In this document: positions 45,945 through 54,973 of the stretch, piece by piece | How positions within the stretch are numbered: position 1 is the first letter of the stretch | Layout: every line of letters begins with the position of its first letter | Virus record (IMG/VR): IMGVR_UViG_3300017778_007091 | Coordinates: 24,412-88,411 of that record | DNA length: 64,000 bases | Strand: one strand, 5' to 3' | Source of the DNA: a virus | Lineage: Duplodnaviria; Caudoviricetes | Position numbers and translations under genes: made by a program | Notes under the pieces: generated by a model | What the model was told of the DNA's origin: nothing | Database searches by the model: none | Seen by the model: only the letters and a program-made list of their open reading frames with translations

Positions 45945-47115
45945 TCCTAGCTATTTTAGAGCTGAATTGTTTGTTGGACAGTAGGGTAATCAAACTTGCT
46001 GTGTTTGGCAGAGTTATTCCTAGCGCTCCAAACGCAGTTTGAATTTCTATTAATGAGTTAGCAAGTTGCTGCTGGAAGCTTAGAGATGTCTCAATGATTA
46101 TGTCAGTTGCGCCTGCGCCCGTGTTATTCGTCGATGTGATTTTGCTACCATCAATTATGATGCCAACATTGCCTGCGGTAATTTTAAGATCTTCTCTTGA
46201 TTGTATCCTGATTTTGTTGGATTTAGCGACAACTGTCGGTCCTGTTCCGAGATTTGTCCCTACATTGATTCCAAACTTTTGATCTGGATCATCTTGCATT
46301 GAGATGTGAATTCTTGATAGGTCATTTATAAAGTCTAAATCACCTTCATTTAAATTCTGGTTTTGAGTTGCTTTATCTGTTTCGTTGTATGCTCTTGTGT
46401 TGGTAAATGTCGCGGCAGGTTTTGTATCCTGTGTTTGGCCTCTACCTACAACCAAATCAATTAGGCCAGCTCCGGTTAACTTTTTTCCTGTTGTTGAAGC
46501 ACTTCCTAACACAATAAGCGAATTATTAGATCCCTGAATACTGAGGTCTGGTCCTACGGGTGCATATCTTGGTACAGCTTCACCTTGAAATTCTGTCTTA
46601 TAAGACGTTGAATTTTCTACTACGTCTTTGTAACTTGTTGCCCCGCGCGTATTTTCGTTAAAGCTGCGTGCTAGCGGTGCTTCGCCTTTGACATTGACAA
46701 ACGATTTATTGTTAATGCCTCTATCATTGTGTGTGAAGTTAGGATCTTCTGCAATAAGGTCTGCAGGCTTTCTAGAAACCCAAAATCCAAACTGTCTATT
46801 ATTTAATGCCCACACCTGCTCACCTGGCTTGACAGGCATGTGCAGATGAGAGAAAAATGGGTAAAAGACATACGTTCCGCTATTGCCCTTAAAGTCTTTG
46901 TATCTTCCTAAGATAGAACCTCGAGGCATAGTCGTAAGAATTTGAGGATTAACTATGGGAATCGTCAATCCTGAGTATTTTTCAAGAATAGAAGAGTATT
47001 CACTGCTTTCTGTTATAGGATTGTCAAAATATTCAACAACATCAACAGTGAACATCTTAGACATAATTGCGTGTTCATCCATGATATTGGCAATTACGTC
47101 AAGAATGTCGTTCAT
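45937..47115 (-). CDS. Baseplate central spike/hub (gp5 / VgrG-like)
   Basis: YPFFSHLHMPVKPGEQVW OB-fold pattern, GPDLSIQGSNNSLIVLG, C-terminal beta-helix-like V.A.S.KIRI.SREDLKI. Confidence 0.6.
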   Translation of the reverse strand: MNDILDVIANIMDEHAIMSKMFTVDVVEYFDNPITESSEYSSILEKYSGLTIPIVNPQILTTMPRGSILGRYKDFKGNSGTYVFYPFFSHLHMPVKPGEQVWALNNRQFGFWVSRKPADLIAEDPNFTHNDRGINNKSFVNVKGEAPLARSFNENTRGATSYKDVVENSTSYKTEFQGEAVPRYAPVGPDLSIQGSNNSLIVLGSASTTGKKLTGAGLIDLVVGRGQTQDTKPAATFTNTRAYNETDKATQNQNLNEGDLDFINDLSRIHISMQDDPDQKFGINVGTNLGTGPTVVAKSNKIRIQSREDLKITAGNVGIIIDGSKITSTNNTGAGATDIIIETSLSFQQQLANSLIEIQTAFGALGITLPNTASLITLLSNKQFSSKIARSD

Positions 47116-47117
47116 TC

Positions 47118-47498
47118 TTAGTCCTCTACATTATTTATCTTATCAAAGATCGAATCAGTGTCTATTGATTTCTCATCTTCTCTAGCAACAAGTTCAGCAA
47201 GTTTCAATATTTGATCATTAGCTTTCGACATTCTTTCAAGGTATTTGGCAATGACAGGACCTAGAATATTGTGGTTAGCTGCATTTCCCTTTACTTGCAT
47301 TAATGTGTCTGTGAAAAGAATTGCTGCATTTTGCCTGTCCTCGACAGCATTCTCATATATTTCACGCCAGAGAACTTTCTTTTTGTCATCAAGCTCATTG
47401 ATTGACGACAAAAGTTCAGTGAATTGCTTGACCTTCTTTTCTTTTTCTTTTATCTTATCGAGTTCGTCAGTGTACTTCTCGACTGTTGTTTTTGCCAT
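47118..47498 (-). CDS. Helical protein, possible terminase small subunit
   Basis: Two-helix pattern IYENAVEDRQNA..L...L...G....KYLERM.KANDQILKLAEL, reminiscent of the T4 gp16 oligomerisation core; no other TerS candidate lies next to TerL. Confidence 0.35.
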   Translation of the reverse strand: MAKTTVEKYTDELDKIKEKEKKVKQFTELLSSINELDDKKKVLWREIYENAVEDRQNAAILFTDTLMQVKGNAANHNILGPVIAKYLERMSKANDQILKLAELVAREDEKSIDTDSIFDKINNVED

Positions 47499-47506
47499 TT
47501 AGTCTC

Positions 47507-48223
47507 CTAGAAGATAGTTGACCTACTAATTTCCCTGTAGTGCTTTCTAATTGCTGACATTGACAACGAAAGCTGCTTTGGTGTCAAGTTGGTCATATCT
47601 CTCACATAGACAAAAATTGCTCTCTTGTTAAGGCTTTCTAGATTATCAATATTATCAAATAACTTGATAATGGAGTCCATGCAAATTTTATCATTCTCAC
47701 ATACAAGGCGATTTTTGACTTTTTCAAGTATTGTATTGATATTTAAAATTGTTTCGTTATAATCTGACTCTGCATTTACTAGAGGGTCATGTTTTCCCAA
47801 GGTGAAAGGAATCATCTCTATCTCTGTGATGACTCCTTTTTCTTCTATACTAATATGACGATTATTTTGCTTTAGACGCTGGCGACTCTTGACAATGATC
47901 CAGTTTTTAGCAACAACATTAAAATAAGAAAATGCTTTTGTCCCACGAGACGCATCAAACTTTTTAAGTGTTTCGTATAGAAATGTTATACAATCACTTT
48001 TAAAGTCATCAGATGCTATAACTAGTGGATTTCCATGGATATAAATGAGATTTTCTACAAGCTTGTTAAAAGCAGGTAGGATCTCTTTTACATAAATGTC
48101 TTCTTTGGCTTTTTGATTTATCTCTGATTGAAAGCTTATGATCGCTGTGTGCGTTCCTGAATGGAAGTAGTACTTTAGATCATTCGCCTTTGAGACCTTC
48201 TTCTTTAGTGTCTTGCTTGTCAT
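47507..48223 (-). CDS. Phage sigma70-family (late) sigma factor
   Basis: Region-2-like LKKFDASRGTKAFSYFNVVAKN (cf. FD..RG..F.TYA...I.N); basic C-terminal helix-turn-helix-like segment. Confidence 0.7.
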   Translation of the reverse strand: MTSKTLKKKVSKANDLKYYFHSGTHTAIISFQSEINQKAKEDIYVKEILPAFNKLVENLIYIHGNPLVIASDDFKSDCITFLYETLKKFDASRGTKAFSYFNVVAKNWIIVKSRQRLKQNNRHISIEEKGVITEIEMIPFTLGKHDPLVNAESDYNETILNINTILEKVKNRLVCENDKICMDSIIKLFDNIDNLESLNKRAIFVYVRDMTNLTPKQLSLSMSAIRKHYREISRSTIF

Positions 48224-48512
48224 TGTCGCTCACGTTTTCTATGCTTTTAGTTAGGCTACTGGCGACAACCAGAATTGAGTCGCGAGAGTCTTGAATATCC
48301 TTAATTACTTGTCTTACTTCAAGAGAATCAAAGAATACGGGTTTTTCGAGTACTTGTGACATACTTGCATACCGCTCATCTAATATGTCAAGACAATTCT
48401 CAATTGAATCTTGAACGCTTAGAATCATCTTTCCAAATTCATAGCATTTTAAGCCAAAATAAATAGTTGATGTCATAAATATGACGACAAGTATGACTAG
48501 TATGATTGTCAT
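48180..48512 (-). CDS. Small membrane-anchored coiled-coil protein
   Basis: Hydrophobic N-terminus IILVILVVIFMTSTIYFGL followed by a heptad pattern; overlaps the sigma gene by 44 nt. Confidence 0.6.
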   Translation of the reverse strand: MTIILVILVVIFMTSTIYFGLKCYEFGKMILSVQDSIENCLDILDERYASMSQVLEKPVFFDSLEVRQVIKDIQDSRDSILVVASSLTKSIENVSDNDKQDTKEEGLKGE

Positions 48513-49672
48513 CTTAAAATTTCTCTAAAACATTCTTGATAATCTTTTTCAATTGAACTTCTTGAAAATTTTTCTTTACATTTTTCTGAAAGAGATGTGG
48601 ACCATTCTTTAGGAACTAGATAGCTTGATCTAAATTTGCTGAGACGTTTCTTAAAATCTGATTCAATCGGGTCTGCCCACTTTGCATTTTCAACAAAAAT
48701 CCTTTTATCGATCTTTGCTTCAGGAAGTTCTATCATCTTATAATCAACTGCAATAAATTTGCCAAGATTCATAAAGTCAAGATGACCTGACCAGTTAGTC
48801 GTGATCACTGGAAGTTTTGCAATCGTTGCATCTAGAATTGGAATCCCAAATCCTTCTCCCCGTGTCAGGTTGATAAAACACTTGATTGAAGGATGACGAT
48901 ACAAAGAAGCAATTTCATGAGATGACATTGCACCATGAACAACATGAATTCTTGGAAACTGTGACTTCCTAAACGTCGAAATGGCCTTATCAATAGTCGA
49001 ATAGACATTGACTCTGTCAATCTCAGTTCCTCTACCAATATTGGTCTTTAAAATTAAACCAACGTCTTTGTCATTTTGAAATGTCTCACAGAACCACTTG
49101 ATCGTATTGATGATGTTCTTCCTGTCTGTGTCATTGGAAAGTGATGTAAGCTGTGATACAACTAAGAAATTAAAGCTTGTGTCAAATTTCAAATTTGTGA
49201 CGCTCTCAAGCGGCTCTAGATCAAGTTCTTCCTGGTACCATTCTCCAATAACAACAACGGGTGTGGTAAGAGTGCCCGAATTCTCGAATGTTTTCTTAAC
49301 ATGCACACTTGGAACAATTACAAGATCCATCTTGTTTATTGCTTCGACCCAAGATTTATTGCAAATATCTGTCTCGACACCTGCTGTAACACCTACATTG
49401 AATTTTGCAAGTGTCGTTGACCACTCGTCAGGCAACTGGACCTGGACTGAGACGTCGTAACCCTCTTGAGTTGCAGTTGAGGCATTCATTATTTTTCCGA
49501 CTAATCCATCAAGGTCTTCTGGATTTATATACCAGGTTGTGTTACCCCACTGGACAACTTGTGTCTTAATCTGGATATCTTCTTGTGAAGAAAGAAACTT
49601 AAAAATCTGTCGTGAATGTTCGCCATAACCAGAAATGCTAAGGAGCGGTGCTCTTATAATGACACTCTTCAT
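48509..49672 (-). CDS. Glycosyltransferase, GT-B fold (GT4-like)
   Basis: SGYGEHSRQI N-terminus; FINLTRGEGFGIPILDA..AKLPVITTNWSGH. Start set at ATG 49672 (TAATG overlap). Confidence 0.85.
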   Translation of the reverse strand: MKSVIIRAPLLSISGYGEHSRQIFKFLSSQEDIQIKTQVVQWGNTTWYINPEDLDGLVGKIMNASTATQEGYDVSVQVQLPDEWSTTLAKFNVGVTAGVETDICNKSWVEAINKMDLVIVPSVHVKKTFENSGTLTTPVVVIGEWYQEELDLEPLESVTNLKFDTSFNFLVVSQLTSLSNDTDRKNIINTIKWFCETFQNDKDVGLILKTNIGRGTEIDRVNVYSTIDKAISTFRKSQFPRIHVVHGAMSSHEIASLYRHPSIKCFINLTRGEGFGIPILDATIAKLPVITTNWSGHLDFMNLGKFIAVDYKMIELPEAKIDKRIFVENAKWADPIESDFKKRLSKFRSSYLVPKEWSTSLSEKCKEKFSRSSIEKDYQECFREILR

Positions 49673-50919
49673 TAGAAACTCTTGACCTCCCAATTTTTCC
49701 TTCTAGACTTCCAGTTCTCAATGATGTTAAGCGCAGTTTTGTCCCAATCATCAATAGTTTTTTGATAATTGAAAGCAGTTGTAGCATAATCTCTAACTTT
49801 TTTCCTAAGAATCTCTCTGTCTTGATCAGGAGTCTCAAAGAATTTTAGAATTCCATTAGCTACGCTCTCACAACTGACATAGTCTTCATAGATGTATGGG
49901 ACGACTTGACTTCCGACAAGAGTTTTCATGTCTATGTCAAGAGCAACTCCATTTTCTGTGCCGTCGCTATAGTCTATGACCTGACGTGTGAGACCACCTG
50001 TCTTTGCTGCTATGATTGGAGTGCCTGCATTCATTGACTCAAGTGTCCCAAGACCAAATCCCTCAGCAAAACTAATATTCATGCAGAAGTCTGAGATATT
50101 ATAGATAACATTCATCTTTTCGAATTCTATTCTGTCTGTTGAAAAGAAGACATTATCGTTGATACCTAACATCTCAGTTACGGCATAAAGATTTGGGCCC
50201 TCACTGTCTACTGGATCTGTGTGCATAATCAACGTAGCCTTTTTATGGCCGTGTTTTTCTTGCATTCTATCAAGAAAAATCTTCCAAGACAGAAGAACGT
50301 CACTTGAACGCTTTCTCTTTGCATTTCTATTGACCCAACACCCTACAAAGTGATCTTGCCTTGCAGGTCCTAAAATGCTAGCCTTGTAATTCTGTCTAAC
50401 ATGTTTATCAAATGGAAAGAAGAGTGTGTCAGGCAATGCGTGAGGTATGTAATTAACACTGTCTGGATATTGATCCTTAATCAACTCATAAGTCATATGT
50501 GAGTGGCAATTTATTAGATCTACAGACTTGTAGAAAGCATCATTGTATGCTGGAAATGGTCCATTATCCCAAACATGCCACCAAGCAATAGGGCACATCT
50601 GGTGAATTTCATCTTCCATCTCAAACAGCCAAGTAAAAAATCTTGGGTCTGTGAAAATCAAGATGAGATCAGGCTTCTCTGCTGCAAGCGTTACTCTAAT
50701 CAAATCTCTATTACCAAATCCGTCAATAGGCTTGATAATAAAGTCTTCATTGATAACAACAGTTCGATAGTCTGTGTGCTTCATTGCTGCACCAAACTGC
50801 CTAAATGACCAGTGACCTTTCTTGAGAAGACCTGTCAAAAGGTGCCTTGTCTGTGTTCCTACACCACTTGTTGAAAGTGCGTGATCAGATAATACCAAAA
50901 CTTTATATTTCTTGTTCAT
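49672..50919 (-). CDS. Glycosyltransferase, GT-B fold (GT4-like)
   Basis: SDH....SGVGTQ; N..RKR; YNISD..MNISFAEGFGLGTLESM.AGTPII...TGGL. Confidence 0.88.
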   Translation of the reverse strand: MNKKYKVLVLSDHALSTSGVGTQTRHLLTGLLKKGHWSFRQFGAAMKHTDYRTVVINEDFIIKPIDGFGNRDLIRVTLAAEKPDLILIFTDPRFFTWLFEMEDEIHQMCPIAWWHVWDNGPFPAYNDAFYKSVDLINCHSHMTYELIKDQYPDSVNYIPHALPDTLFFPFDKHVRQNYKASILGPARQDHFVGCWVNRNAKRKRSSDVLLSWKIFLDRMQEKHGHKKATLIMHTDPVDSEGPNLYAVTEMLGINDNVFFSTDRIEFEKMNVIYNISDFCMNISFAEGFGLGTLESMNAGTPIIAAKTGGLTRQVIDYSDGTENGVALDIDMKTLVGSQVVPYIYEDYVSCESVANGILKFFETPDQDREILRKKVRDYATTAFNYQKTIDDWDKTALNIIENWKSRRKNWEVKSF

Positions 50920-50942
50920 GCTGATTAATCATATACAATTTT

Positions 50943-51752
50943 TCACTTGGTAAAAGGCTCAAATTCACCTGAGCCTTTGCAATATTCTGTATTTTTAAAA
51001 TCACAAAACTTGCATGCAGACCTATTTTGGAATGCTTTTCCTGCCTTGACACCATTGATCATTGAATTGACAAGCTTGTCTGATTTTTCTAGTGTTTTAA
51101 GGCCTGCAGAGACTTCAATATACTCGCATGCCTTGTCTGGCTTTAATGCACGTTTCAATAAAACAAATCCGCACTTGATGTCTTTTGGATCAACTTGAAA
51201 TTTCTGAGAACAAAAGTTCTTATAAAGAACAGGTTGCGCCTGGACAAGCTCGTTCCTTCGTTTATCAGCATTCCATCCGCGTGGTCCTGACGTTTTCCAG
51301 TCGAGAATCCATAGGCACCATTGACCACGCTTATTTTTGGCTTTGATCATGGCATCAACAAAGCCCTTGAACTTTATATCGTGCCCTACGATCTCTTCGT
51401 AAAGCTCATGTTCTGCAGAAATGCATGTCCACTCAGGAAATGTCTCATCCATAAATTTAGGGACATCTTCAAGGATCTGCTTGCCTTCCTTGACCCAAGA
51501 ATCAACGTTGGCCAATGACTTTTCTTCCCAAACTTTTCGAATCTCTGCTTCGAGACGATCAGGATTCATTATCCTATTTTTAAGATAATCTTCACACTCG
51601 GCATGAACTGCCGTGCCAAATTCTAGATTTTCACTAGGCTTTGAAAGATTAATCTTGTCTATATAAAGAAGCTTATGTCTCCATCCGCACTCATGGTAGT
51701 TTTTAAGTTCAGAAAATGAGATGTGTGGTTTGCCAGTTGGAAATGTAATCAC
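50943..51752 (-). CDS. PD-(D/E)XK Cas4/AddB-like nuclease with predicted Fe-S cluster
   Basis: ISFSEL..Y..C, FGTAVH, FKGFVD, ILDWKT motifs; 1+3 Cys (C12; CKFC.....YC); GTG start. Confidence 0.85.
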   Translation of the reverse strand: MITFPTGKPHISFSELKNYHECGWRHKLLYIDKINLSKPSENLEFGTAVHAECEDYLKNRIMNPDRLEAEIRKVWEEKSLANVDSWVKEGKQILEDVPKFMDETFPEWTCISAEHELYEEIVGHDIKFKGFVDAMIKAKNKRGQWCLWILDWKTSGPRGWNADKRRNELVQAQPVLYKNFCSQKFQVDPKDIKCGFVLLKRALKPDKACEYIEVSAGLKTLEKSDKLVNSMINGVKAGKAFQNRSACKFCDFKNTEYCKGSGEFEPFTK

Positions 51753-51764
51753 ATATGAATTATA

Positions 51765-52745
51765 TTATAATTTTTCTGTCTTTACTAGATTATTAAAGTC
51801 AGATTCATACATGAGTCTTGCGAGACCCTTAAATGTAGTCTTCGGTTTCCATTCAAGTTTCTCTTTCGCTTTCGAGTAGTCACCCTCAAGCCAAGGAACC
51901 TCATGAGGCCGCTTCAACCTATCATCGATCACAAGATGTTTGTCTACGTCAAGACCCGCAATTTCGAAAACCTCATTCAAGAATTCACGAACTGTGTGTG
52001 TCTCACCTGTCGCTACCACATAGTCGTCAGGTCTGTCCTGTTGTAGCATAAGCCACATCGCCTCAACATAATCTTTAGCATAACCCCAGTCACGGAGCGC
52101 ATCGAGATTTCCGAGTGCGATCTTTTCTTGTAAGCCAAGCTTGATCTTGGCAGCAGCCAGCGTGATCTTTCTGGTGACAAATGTCTCGCCGCGGCGTGGA
52201 CTTTCATGATTGAAGAGAATGCCTGCGGAGGCATGAATTCCGTAACTTTCTCGATAGTTACGTGTAAGTCCGTGAGCAAAAACCTTGGCACAGGCATAAG
52301 GAGATGCAGGCATGAGCCTTGTCTCCTCGTTCTGCGGGTGCTCAGGATTGTCACCATACATTTCGGAAGATGATGCCTGGTAAAATCGACACTGGGGCTG
52401 CATGGTTCGAATACATTCAAGAAGTCGGAGAGGGCCCATTGCAACGGCATCTACGGTTTCTTCGGGAACATCAAAAGATACACGAACATGTGATTGAGCA
52501 GCAAGATTGTAGACTTCATCAATTTTTTGGCTATTGAAAAGACGATACATCGATCCTGTATCGTTCATTGATCCATAAACTAATTGAAATCTTGGGTGTG
52601 CAAGAATGTGATCGATTCTATCTGTTGACAAAAGAGATGTCCTTCGTTTCATTCCAAGAACATTATAGCCTTTGTCCAGCAGAAGCTCAACAAGATAACT
52701 TCCATCTTGTCCTGTTGCTCCTGTTATGAATGCTGTTTTTCTCAT
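51765..52745 (-). CDS. gmd: GDP-mannose 4,6-dehydratase
   Basis: [84 protein letters not shown]. Confidence 0.97.
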   Translation of the reverse strand: MRKTAFITGATGQDGSYLVELLLDKGYNVLGMKRRTSLLSTDRIDHILAHPRFQLVYGSMNDTGSMYRLFNSQKIDEVYNLAAQSHVRVSFDVPEETVDAVAMGPLRLLECIRTMQPQCRFYQASSSEMYGDNPEHPQNEETRLMPASPYACAKVFAHGLTRNYRESYGIHASAGILFNHESPRRGETFVTRKITLAAAKIKLGLQEKIALGNLDALRDWGYAKDYVEAMWLMLQQDRPDDYVVATGETHTVREFLNEVFEIAGLDVDKHLVIDDRLKRPHEVPWLEGDYSKAKEKLEWKPKTTFKGLARLMYESDFNNLVKTEKL

Positions 52746-52771
52746 TTATTGACCGATTTTAAATCATACAT

Positions 52772-53482
52772 TTAGAATGTTAAGAAGAGACTGCCGAAAG
52801 GATTACTTTTTATAAATTTAGAAATATCTTTTTCATTTGAAGCCAAATTGAAGTATTTCTCAAATCTTTCTAAGTTATGGTCTTTCCACCACCCATAGTG
52901 AAATGAGATTAATAAACTGTAACCGTTAGATTTGCATATCTCAAAAAGGTCTGGAATAATATTTTCTTCTCCGCCTTCAATATCAACTTTTATGAAAGAT
53001 ACATCTTTCAAGTCTTTAAGGAGGTCGTGAATCGATACAGTAAGTACTTCAAAATCTTTGTTATCTGTTGTGTTCTCTTTTAATTGACTAGTTGAATCAC
53101 CTAGAACTGCTTTGATTTTACTGTTGCAGCCAAAGTATAAATTGACATTTGATTTTGAAAAGACAGGGTTTTCTACTATTTTGACATTATTGCAATTAGA
53201 TGATTCTAAATTAGCCTTTAACGCACTAATTGCCATCCTATCTGCTTCTACTGCAATAACATTTTTAAAATTCTTAGACAGCCATATAGAAGTAGGTCCT
53301 ATCCATGCACCAATATCAATCGCTGTTTTAGTTTTATCTTTAACAGATTCAAATATTTCAAATGTTTCTTTTTCCCAACTACCACTTGATAATGCTCCCA
53401 TAAACCAGTCATAATTGACTATTTGAGAATTAGCAACAGTATCAAAAGTGAAGTCTACACCATGAATTGTAAAATTGTCCAA
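52772..53482 (-). CDS. FkbM-family SAM methyltransferase
   Basis: TAIDIGAWIGPTS, VIAVEAD, FIKVDIEGGE; TTG start; very AT-rich. Confidence 0.88.
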   Translation of the reverse strand: MDNFTIHGVDFTFDTVANSQIVNYDWFMGALSSGSWEKETFEIFESVKDKTKTAIDIGAWIGPTSIWLSKNFKNVIAVEADRMAISALKANLESSNCNNVKIVENPVFSKSNVNLYFGCNSKIKAVLGDSTSQLKENTTDNKDFEVLTVSIHDLLKDLKDVSFIKVDIEGGEENIIPDLFEICKSNGYSLLISFHYGWWKDHNLERFEKYFNLASNEKDISKFIKSNPFGSLFLTF

Positions 53483-53493
53483 TTTGAATCTCT

Positions 53494-54033
53494 TTAATTA
53501 GGGTTTTTTATTGCTTCAACATTGAGGCTCATTAAAAGACCTGTTTCTTTTTGCATATGAGGAATATATGATTGACTATAATCATCAACACTAGAATGTT
53601 CAGTTTCTCTCCAATCATATCTTCTTATGTTGATAAAACCAGACAAACTTAACAAATTTGAAAGACTTTCAAATGTAAATATCATCTTATGATAATCGTA
53701 TTCATTTCTTTGGCCACCACAGACAAGGCCAAGAACTTGATTAACATCTTTGTTAATTTGATAAATATTAACAACCGCATCAAAGTCAGGGACTGCTATT
53801 CTTATTTTACCACCTGGTTTTAGTTTTTTATTCCATTGTTCTAATACTTTTAGAACTTCATGGCGCCCAAAATGTTCTAAACAGTGGCATGCATAAATAA
53901 GATCTGCAGTGTTATCTTCTTGTGTCTCAAGTATCGCAATATTATCAATAATATCGACTGATTTGTTCATGACAGCGTCAATATTAACAAACCCTTCAAG
54001 GCGCTTTGTTCCACAACCAAGATGATATTTCAT
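53494..54033 (-). CDS. Class I SAM methyltransferase (Methyltransf_11-like)
   Basis: HLGCG....GFVNID, ADLIYACHCLEHF, LKPGGKIRIAVPD. Confidence 0.85.
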   Translation of the reverse strand: MKYHLGCGTKRLEGFVNIDAVMNKSVDIIDNIAILETQEDNTADLIYACHCLEHFGRHEVLKVLEQWNKKLKPGGKIRIAVPDFDAVVNIYQINKDVNQVLGLVCGGQRNEYDYHKMIFTFESLSNLLSLSGFINIRRYDWRETEHSSVDDYSQSYIPHMQKETGLLMSLNVEAIKNPN

Positions 54034-54040
54034 ATTTGAA

Positions 54041-54970
54041 TTATATGCCGCGAACGTCAGGATATCTATCTACAAATGACTTTATTGTCGCTCTAAGGCC
54101 ATCACGAAGCGGTGTGTACTCATCCGTCCAGCCAAGAGATCTAAGCTTCTGGTTCGATGAGGGTTTCTCATACTGACCATCAGGCTTTAACGCATCAAAC
54201 TTCACGTGTCCCTCAAATCCTATTTCTTCTCCGATCATCAGAGAAAGATTTTCGATAGAGACACAATCAGGATTGCCGATGTTGACAGGATCGTCACCGT
54301 CATAGTTTTCTGCGAGCCACAGGATGATCTTTGCTGCGTCTCTAGCAAAAGTGAACTCTCTAATTGGACGTCCAGACCCCCAGACGATGACCTCATTTCT
54401 GCCTTCAAGCATCGCCTCATGAAACTTGCGTATAAGTGAAGGAATGACATGTCCGCTGTTAAGATCGTAGTTGTCATTAATGCCGTAAAGATTATTAGGG
54501 ATGACTGAGATGAAGTTGCAACCGAACTGCTGACGATATGCCTTGCTCTGGACTTCCAACATGCGCTTCGCGTATGCATAACCAAAATTCGAATGATGAG
54601 GTGGGCCCATGTGAAGCTGGTCCTCAGTGAGAGGATACTTCACGTAGGGCGCGTCTGGATAGATGCAGGTCGAGAGCACAGAGACAAGCTTTAGCTTCTT
54701 CTCTCTACAGGCATCGAGCACATTCATGTTCATCTTGACATTGTCATCGAAGAAGTCAGCAACATAGTCGGTGTTGGCCTTCACGCCTCCGACTCTTGCA
54801 GCGCAATGAATGACAGCGTCTACTCGTCTATCTTCCAGAGTGAGGATAGCATGATTCGAATCTGTGAGATCACATTCCTTCGAGCTGAGTCCGACGGAGT
54901 CAGGAGACAGGGCAAGAATCTCACTTCCAAGCAGGCCAGATGAGCCTGTTACTAGAAAATTCTTTATCAA
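54041..54970 (-). CDS. fcl: GDP-L-fucose synthase (GDP-4-keto-6-deoxymannose epimerase/reductase)
   Basis: LVTGSSGLLG, VIHCAARVGGVKAN, STCIYP, YAYAKR, PNNLYG.NDNY, HVIPSLIRKF, WGSG.P.REF, KPDG; TTG start. Confidence 0.96.
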   Translation of the reverse strand: MIKNFLVTGSSGLLGSEILALSPDSVGLSSKECDLTDSNHAILTLEDRRVDAVIHCAARVGGVKANTDYVADFFDDNVKMNMNVLDACREKKLKLVSVLSTCIYPDAPYVKYPLTEDQLHMGPPHHSNFGYAYAKRMLEVQSKAYRQQFGCNFISVIPNNLYGINDNYDLNSGHVIPSLIRKFHEAMLEGRNEVIVWGSGRPIREFTFARDAAKIILWLAENYDGDDPVNIGNPDCVSIENLSLMIGEEIGFEGHVKFDALKPDGQYEKPSSNQKLRSLGWTDEYTPLRDGLRATIKSFVDRYPDVRGI

Positions 54971-54973
54971 TTT

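Noticed and set aside
50943-51752. CRISPR-Cas locus around the Cas4-like gene
   Set aside because: No cas1/cas2/effector genes and no repeat-spacer array seen in the short intergenic gaps.
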